Below are positions 28,129 to 33,098 of a stretch of DNA of 33,098 nucleotides, piece by piece. Under the pieces are notes generated by a model. The model saw only the letters and a list, made by a program, of their open reading frames with translations, did no database searches and was not told the origin of the DNA. Within the stretch, counting starts at the first letter, position 1. Each line of letters opens with the position of its first letter. Made by a program: the position numbers and the translations under genes. Source of the stretch: an uncultured bacterium (GTDB lineage Bacteria > Patescibacteriota > Microgenomatia > UBA1400 > PJMF01); NCBI GenBank assembly GCA_903891335.1, contig CAITDX010000044.1:1-33098 (forward strand). Direction: 5' to 3'.

Positions 28129-28142
28129 CTATTGTACAATAG
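28129..28142. promoter_or_regulatory. Palindromic bidirectional -10 element
   Basis: Perfect palindrome CTATTGTACAATAG gives TACAAT on both strands, 6 and 8 nt from the two divergent ATGs. Confidence 0.65.
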
Positions 28143-28148
28143 CTTTCT

Positions 28149-28958
28149 ATGATCAAAGCACTTATCTCTGATTACGACGGTACCCTGACTGACCACACTC
28201 ATCAACTCACCGAAGCAGTGGTGGAAGCAGTGCGCGCCTTTCAAAAGCAAGGCTTCATTTTCTCAATCGCCACTGGTCGAATGTATCAAGGTATCGTCGC
28301 TGCTTCGGCAGCGGAGTTAGGAGTCAGCACTCCACTGATTGTTCGTGGTGGCTCAGAAATTATTAATCCAAATACCAAAGCAGTGCTCTGGAGTAAATAT
28401 ATCGATTCAGAAACGGTGACCGCACTGATTCCATATCTACACACCTTCGCTGATCAATTTCACTTCGCTGCTGAGAGCGGCGATTTTGCTTATACCAAAG
28501 ACGGCATCATCGTCAAAGAATTTGGTACCGGCGCACAATTTGCCGATCTCGCCACTATTCCCCATGATCGCGTCCCCAAAATAGTCATCGAGCCAGCCTC
28601 TCCAGAGCCAATGGTTGATGAACTAATCAGTGACCTTGCTGCTAAATTTCCTTTACTTCACCTGGCAAAAATCACCAGTCGTCGCGGCTATGGCATCGAC
28701 ATCAATAGTCACGAAGCCGGCAAGGAAAACGCGCTCAAAGCCTGGGCGAGCCTGATGAATCTAGAACTCACCGAAATCGCTGGCATCGGCGATGGTCACA
28801 ACGACTATCCACTCCTTATTAACTGCGGCTATAAGATCGCCATGGGCAATGCCCCAGACTCACTCAAAGCAATTGCTGATCTGGTGGTTAGCACTCAAGC
28901 AGAGGATGGAGTGGCAGAGGCGGTAGAAACTTTGGAAAATTTGACAAAGAGAGACTAG
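28149..28958 (+). CDS. Cof-type HAD-IIB hydrolase
   Basis: SDYDGTL, IATGR, GDGHND, AMGNA. Confidence 0.92.
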   Translation: MIKALISDYDGTLTDHTHQLTEAVVEAVRAFQKQGFIFSIATGRMYQGIVAASAAELGVSTPLIVRGGSEIINPNTKAVLWSKYIDSETVTALIPYLHTFADQFHFAAESGDFAYTKDGIIVKEFGTGAQFADLATIPHDRVPKIVIEPASPEPMVDELISDLAAKFPLLHLAKITSRRGYGIDINSHEAGKENALKAWASLMNLELTEIAGIGDGHNDYPLLINCGYKIAMGNAPDSLKAIADLVVSTQAEDGVAEAVETLENLTKRD

Positions 28959-28978
28959 GGAGTAGAATTTGCCTTTAT

Positions 28979-29275
28979 ATGGCAGAAAAACAAAAAATAG
29001 AGGTTTTCGTACTCCCTGATTTACCTCAAACTGTATTTGAATTCATGCGCACTACAGTCCAAGAGAACTATGCTGGTCCAGAAGCTTTTCCCATGGGACG
29101 AGCAGACTGGGATGCAAATCGACAAAAATACTTAGAAAATAAAGGCTGGTCCTTTACTTTTGGTGTTGATGGATCTTTGACTAGAATCCCAGCCCCCTTC
29201 ACCGTCATTGCCGAAAAAAATGGCAAAAGATTCAAATTTGCGCAGGGATGGGCAGAGCCAATCCAACTGGGCTAG
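28979..29275 (+). CDS. Hypothetical protein
   Basis: 98-aa ORF with its own promoter, TTGACA (28941)-16 bp-TAGAAT (28963). Confidence 0.65.
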   Translation: MAEKQKIEVFVLPDLPQTVFEFMRTTVQENYAGPEAFPMGRADWDANRQKYLENKGWSFTFGVDGSLTRIPAPFTVIAEKNGKRFKFAQGWAEPIQLG

Positions 29276-29314
29276 CCCGAGTTGCTTCATTTCTACAATT
29301 TTCTCTCGCTTTAC

Positions 29315-29343
29315 TTGACTTTTGGTGTCGTTTATGACACAAT
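29315..29343 (+). promoter_or_regulatory. TA operon promoter with operator palindrome
   Basis: TTGACT-17 bp-CACAAT with GTGTC-N6-GACAC (29325-29340) overlapping it. Confidence 0.6.
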
Positions 29344-29345
29344 AA

Positions 29346-29441
29346 TATTTCAGCGGATTTATCAAAAAACAACAAAAAACTCCTCATAAAGAGATCATCA
29401 AAGCCACCAACAGACTGCAAGAATATAAAAACAAACTATGA
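29346..29441 (+). pseudogene. C-terminal remnant of a RelE/HigB (Gp49-like) toxin
   Basis: Start-less frame YFSGFIKKQQKTPHKEIIKATNRLQEYKNKL*; ATGA overlap with the antitoxin start. Confidence 0.8.
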
Positions 29442-29746
29442 AAGCACATAAACTCAATCCTCAAAAAATCAAAAAGCTTAGCATTCCCCTCGAGGAATTT
29501 GATAAAAGATTCTCAGAGGAAGAAAAAAGAGCCATCGCAGAGGAGGTTTCGTACCTCGAAATTCTCATGGGACTCAAGCAAAATCGCCAGGAACTCGGAC
29601 TAAGTCAAGAAGAATTAGCAAAACGTTCGCAAGTGCCTCGAGCCACCATCACCAAAATTGAAAATGGCCAACGCAATGTTACCCTCAAAACAATGCTTGC
29701 CCTTGCTAACGCTATGGGCAAACGCTTGAAGATTTCTTGGATTTAA
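29438..29746 (+). CDS. Xre-family HTH antitoxin (HigA-like)
   Basis: RQELGLSQEELAKRSQVPRATITKIENGQRNVTLKTM. Confidence 0.88.
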   Translation: MKAHKLNPQKIKKLSIPLEEFDKRFSEEEKRAIAEEVSYLEILMGLKQNRQELGLSQEELAKRSQVPRATITKIENGQRNVTLKTMLALANAMGKRLKISWI

Positions 29747-29762
29747 AAACATTCAACCAAAA

Positions 29763-30503
29763 CTACTTCTTCTTCGTCTGATTCTTGATACTTTCAATCA
29801 CGCGCTGCACTTCCTCATCGGGAGCCAAGTAGTAGTGACGAATCGGTCGAGCCTGATCATCAAATTCGTAGACCAGTGGAATGCAGTAGGGCACGGTCAA
29901 ATCGACCACCGCTTCATCAGAAAGATTATCAAGATATTTGATAATCGAACGCAGGGAATTATGATGACCTGAGAGAATGATTTGCTTGCCTTGCTTGATC
30001 AATGGCTCAATTTCAGCTTGCCAATAGGGCACACTACGCGCATAAGTATCCTTAAGACACTCTGTCGAAGGCAAAAGGGCCGGATCGATATCTTTGTACT
30101 TAGGATCGTGACTGGGGTGACCAGGATCAGTGATGTCGAGTGTTGGTGGTGGCACATCATAGCTGCGACGCCACAGCGCCACTTGCTCCGCACCGTGTTT
30201 CTCGACGGTTTCTGGTTTATTGAGTCCCTGCAGTGCGCCATAGTGGCGCTCATTGAGCTTCCAACTGTTGACGATGGGAATATACATTTGCTCAGTTGCA
30301 TCAAGCACTGTCCAGAGCGTGCGAATCGCCCGCTTCAGATAAGAAGTAAAGGCAATATCAAAGGTAAAGCCAGCCTCTTTGAGCTTCAAACCATACTGAT
30401 AGGTTTCCTTGATGCCTTCTGGAGTGACATCAATGTCAATCCAACCAGTGAAGCGATCGCTCCAGATAGAGGTACCATGGCGAATAATGACGACTTTAGT
30501 CAT
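29763..30503 (-). CDS. gpmA: 2,3-BPG-dependent phosphoglycerate mutase
   Basis: RHG, RFTGW.D, LNERHYGALQGLNK, WRRSYD, H.NSLR. Confidence 0.95.
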   Translation of the reverse strand: MTKVVIIRHGTSIWSDRFTGWIDIDVTPEGIKETYQYGLKLKEAGFTFDIAFTSYLKRAIRTLWTVLDATEQMYIPIVNSWKLNERHYGALQGLNKPETVEKHGAEQVALWRRSYDVPPPTLDITDPGHPSHDPKYKDIDPALLPSTECLKDTYARSVPYWQAEIEPLIKQGKQIILSGHHNSLRSIIKYLDNLSDEAVVDLTVPYCIPLVYEFDDQARPIRHYYLAPDEEVQRVIESIKNQTKKK

Positions 30504-31771
30504 TAGGAAGCTCCTTTCGTAATGCGCTCGATTTCCATCAAGCGATTATATTTCGAGACACGTTCACCTCTAGTCGGACCGACCTTGACGAAAGCAGAAC
30601 CCACTGCCACTGCCACATCCACCATGGTCGCATCATTGGTTTCACCGCCACCTCGATGTGAAGTGGTGGTCATCAAACCATGACGATTGGCCAGCATACA
30701 GCAATCAACAGTCTCAGTAAGCGTGCCAATTTGGTTCAACTTGATCAAAATGGCTGAAATTGCCTTAGTGTCGATCGCTTTTTGCAGACGCTCTACGTTG
30801 GTGACCGTTAAGTCATCGCCAATTAAAGCAACTTTGTGCTGATCAGCGACTACTTTTAGTTTCGTCCAATTTTCCCAATCATCTTCATGCAACATATCTT
30901 CGATGGTGACAATGGGATATTTAGCCAGCCAGGTCTCATAATAGGCAATCAGCTCAGCAGCGTTGAGTTGGCGTTTCTCGACTTTGAGATCATACTTGCC
31001 ATCGACAAAAAACTCACTCGCAGCCGCATCGATCGAGAAGCCAATCTCTGAGCCGGCACTATAACCCGCTCGCTTAATTGCCTCGAGCATGTATGCAAAA
31101 GGAGCTTCGTTGCTCGGTATGCCATTGGGAGCAAAAGCACCCTCATTACCCACATTGGTAGAGAGTTTATTTTCTTTAAGCACTTTGCCGAGTTGATGAT
31201 AGGTTTCCATGATCATGCGGACGTTTTCAGCTACACTGGCATTACTGCGCACCGCCGAAAAACAAAATTCCTGTAGATCGGTGGTTTCATCGGCATGCTT
31301 GCCGCCTTCAATTGCAACCACCATTGGCTGAGGCAGTTTACTCAGGTCAACTCCTGTCTGATAGGTTTCAATAATATGTTGGAAAAGTTCAATTTTTTTA
31401 CTCACTGCCGCAGCATTGGCTACTGCTACTGACACTGCCAAAATGGCATTGCCGCCAAGCTTAGCTTTGTTGGGTGTACCATCAAGCGCAATCATTTTTT
31501 CATCTAGGCTACGCTGATCATAGGCGTCCATGCCGATGACTGCAGGTGCAATAATTTGCTCGATGTTGGCGATTGCTTGCAGCATACCCTTGCCATGCCA
31601 GCGCTTCGCATCGCCATCCATGAGGACAGTGGCTTCGTGAGAACCAGCTGAAGCACCATAGGGCACTGAAGCTCGACCTCGAGAACCATCCTCAAGCGTA
31701 GCAATCACCTCAATGGTGGGGTAGCCACCAGATGCCAAAATTTCTTGGGCCTTAATATTTGAAATTGTCAT
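30503..31771 (-). CDS. eno: Enolase (probably the active copy)
   Basis: GAS, DLQEF, GNEGAF, IDAAASE, IED, GDDL, IKLNQIG and SHR retained; coupled to gpmA. Confidence 0.92.
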   Translation of the reverse strand: MTISNIKAQEILASGGYPTIEVIATLEDGSRGRASVPYGASAGSHEATVLMDGDAKRWHGKGMLQAIANIEQIIAPAVIGMDAYDQRSLDEKMIALDGTPNKAKLGGNAILAVSVAVANAAAVSKKIELFQHIIETYQTGVDLSKLPQPMVVAIEGGKHADETTDLQEFCFSAVRSNASVAENVRMIMETYHQLGKVLKENKLSTNVGNEGAFAPNGIPSNEAPFAYMLEAIKRAGYSAGSEIGFSIDAAASEFFVDGKYDLKVEKRQLNAAELIAYYETWLAKYPIVTIEDMLHEDDWENWTKLKVVADQHKVALIGDDLTVTNVERLQKAIDTKAISAILIKLNQIGTLTETVDCCMLANRHGLMTTTSHRGGGETNDATMVDVAVAVGSAFVKVGPTRGERVSKYNRLMEIERITKGAS

Positions 31772-31833
31772 TGCTGACCTTTCTAAATAATACTGATTTG
31801 CTAAATAAGCAAGCTATTTATATACTACTCTTG

Positions 31834-32172
31834 ATGTTAATTCTACTAGATCAACGCGCAACCAACCAACAAATCCAACAAGCAGCTGAAGATTTGGACG
31901 GCTATATTAAGTTTGTAGTTGATGTCGAATCTGGAAAACTAACCATTGGTGGCGCTCGCCATGTCGATGGAGAACAGCTGTTATTACAACAAGGTAGTCA
32001 ACAAAAAAATCTCTGGGGAGGTGGCTTTGACAGTGACGACGAAAGCTTAGATTTTGATTCAATGATCAATATTCGCCCTCATGACAATAATCCGAGTCGA
32101 GAAGTCATTAGCCTAGAAACTCGTGGTCAAATTATTGTCAAACTTAAGGAAAAATTACCATGGAACATCTGA
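31834..32172 (+). CDS. DUF5674 family protein
   Basis: IKFVVDV, GG..H.D.E..LL..GS.Q.NLWG, FDSMINIRP..N.S; promoter TTGCTA-17 bp-TATACT ends 7 nt before the ATG. Confidence 0.8.
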   Translation: MLILLDQRATNQQIQQAAEDLDGYIKFVVDVESGKLTIGGARHVDGEQLLLQQGSQQKNLWGGGFDSDDESLDFDSMINIRPHDNNPSREVISLETRGQIIVKLKEKLPWNI

Positions 32173-32462
32173 GTACTAAAGCCATTTTGCTTGATATGAC
32201 CACTGATTTGTCAAGAGTTGGGAATTTTACTTTACAAGGAAAAGAAAAGAGAATGCTACAATTCCTCGAAAAACTAAAAACAGCAAAAACCGTGCTGAGC
32301 AACAGAGCTATACCAACAAAAATTAGCTTTTTTGTAGATAGAATCGGTGACTTAATCCAAGCACTTCAGCAAGAAGAAATTCAAGATAAAAGGTTGTTGG
32401 CAGAAGATGCGTTTACGTACGGTAATATTTTGAGTCGGCGAGCAAGTAAACTAATTTCTTAA
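32160..32462 (+). CDS. Small helical hypothetical protein coupled to DUF5674
   Basis: 13-nt overlap with the upstream gene; DLSRVGN and AEDAFTYGNIL segments. Confidence 0.7.
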   Translation: MEHLSTKAILLDMTTDLSRVGNFTLQGKEKRMLQFLEKLKTAKTVLSNRAIPTKISFFVDRIGDLIQALQQEEIQDKRLLAEDAFTYGNILSRRASKLIS

Positions 32463-32478
32463 AAACCAAAACAACCAC

Positions 32479-33057
32479 CTAAAGGGTAATTTTACTTCCA
32501 AATAAAGATTTTATTCTACTTTCAGCTGTAAAAAAATATTCTTCTGCTCCTTGCAAAGCGTGTGTAATTAGATTTTGATACATAACTAACTTGCCTTGCT
32601 CTATATTAAATTCCTTAAAAATTTCTTCAATTGCTGCCCGATAAAGATCCGCGAATCTTTGTCGCACCATACTCACCGACTCTTCAAAATCATTAAGAAT
32701 CAAACTCTCTGAAACATAACCTACTTTTTGACTCATTAACTCTTCCATTCTATCGAGAAGCATAATCAAAGGATCAGTAAATTTCATTTTTCTCATCTCA
32801 ATATCAAAATACTTCCAAATCAAAAAAGCATAGCTATACTTTGCACCTTTGAGTTTTGGATCCCAGAAACCAATACTTTTTAGTTCGTTAAATAAAACCT
32901 TCCCTTCTTCTTCGAGCAACAACATTTTTGGATCAACTCTATCGAAATACGCATAAGGAATGCCTTCGAGCACTTCTGGCAAAATACTCATTATTCTTAG
33001 ATGAGGCCACCTTTTAAAAGCCATTAAGTGCCATCTTTCATGTCGTTCATGCTCCAT
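32479..33057 (-). CDS. Hypothetical protein
   Basis: 192-aa AT-rich ORF with GAAGGA upstream; no recognised motif. Confidence 0.6.
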   Translation of the reverse strand: MEHERHERWHLMAFKRWPHLRIMSILPEVLEGIPYAYFDRVDPKMLLLEEEGKVLFNELKSIGFWDPKLKGAKYSYAFLIWKYFDIEMRKMKFTDPLIMLLDRMEELMSQKVGYVSESLILNDFEESVSMVRQRFADLYRAAIEEIFKEFNIEQGKLVMYQNLITHALQGAEEYFFTAESRIKSLFGSKITL

Positions 33058-33098
33058 TCTTCCTTCAGGTGTATTTGCATATTTCAGTGCACCAGTAG

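Noticed and set aside
29982-30506. 174-aa plus-strand ORF and other ORFs nested in conserved genes
   Set aside because: Antisense or alternate-frame shadows of gpmA, eno, pyrG and others, with no motifs

Overview
Chromosomal window from a small-genome bacterium using the standard genetic code. The gene repertoire (DUF5667, DUF5674, CAP, GQVLGA-type sortase substrate, many ORFans, few Shine-Dalgarno sites) suggests Patescibacteria/CPR, probably Microgenomates (inference). Contents: a Ca2+/Na+ antiporter (partial, missed by the ORF track); zur-znuACB with a perfect operator palindrome; tRNA-Gly, -Leu and -Glu; holA; a PMM-PGI/PMI-enolase-like cluster; lexA; pduO; a ~1000-aa repeat protein ending in a PcfJ-like domain; pyrG; rplS-yraN; a sortase with its substrate; bcp; two HADs; an antitoxin with a deleted toxin; and eno-gpmA. 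Most notable: (1) the sortase substrate gene is split by an apparent 23-nt stop-containing hairpin insert flanked by CAAC repeats, with a translational-bypass-like geometry; (2) a second, full-length enolase paralog lacks four key catalytic or ligand residues; (3) a ~210-bp structured insert lies between tRNA-Gly and a duplicate of its 3' end; (4) a candidate orphan sRNA has its own promoter and terminator; (5) many promoters look leaderless, including a palindromic bidirectional -10. No CRISPR array, rRNA, integrase or transposase was seen.
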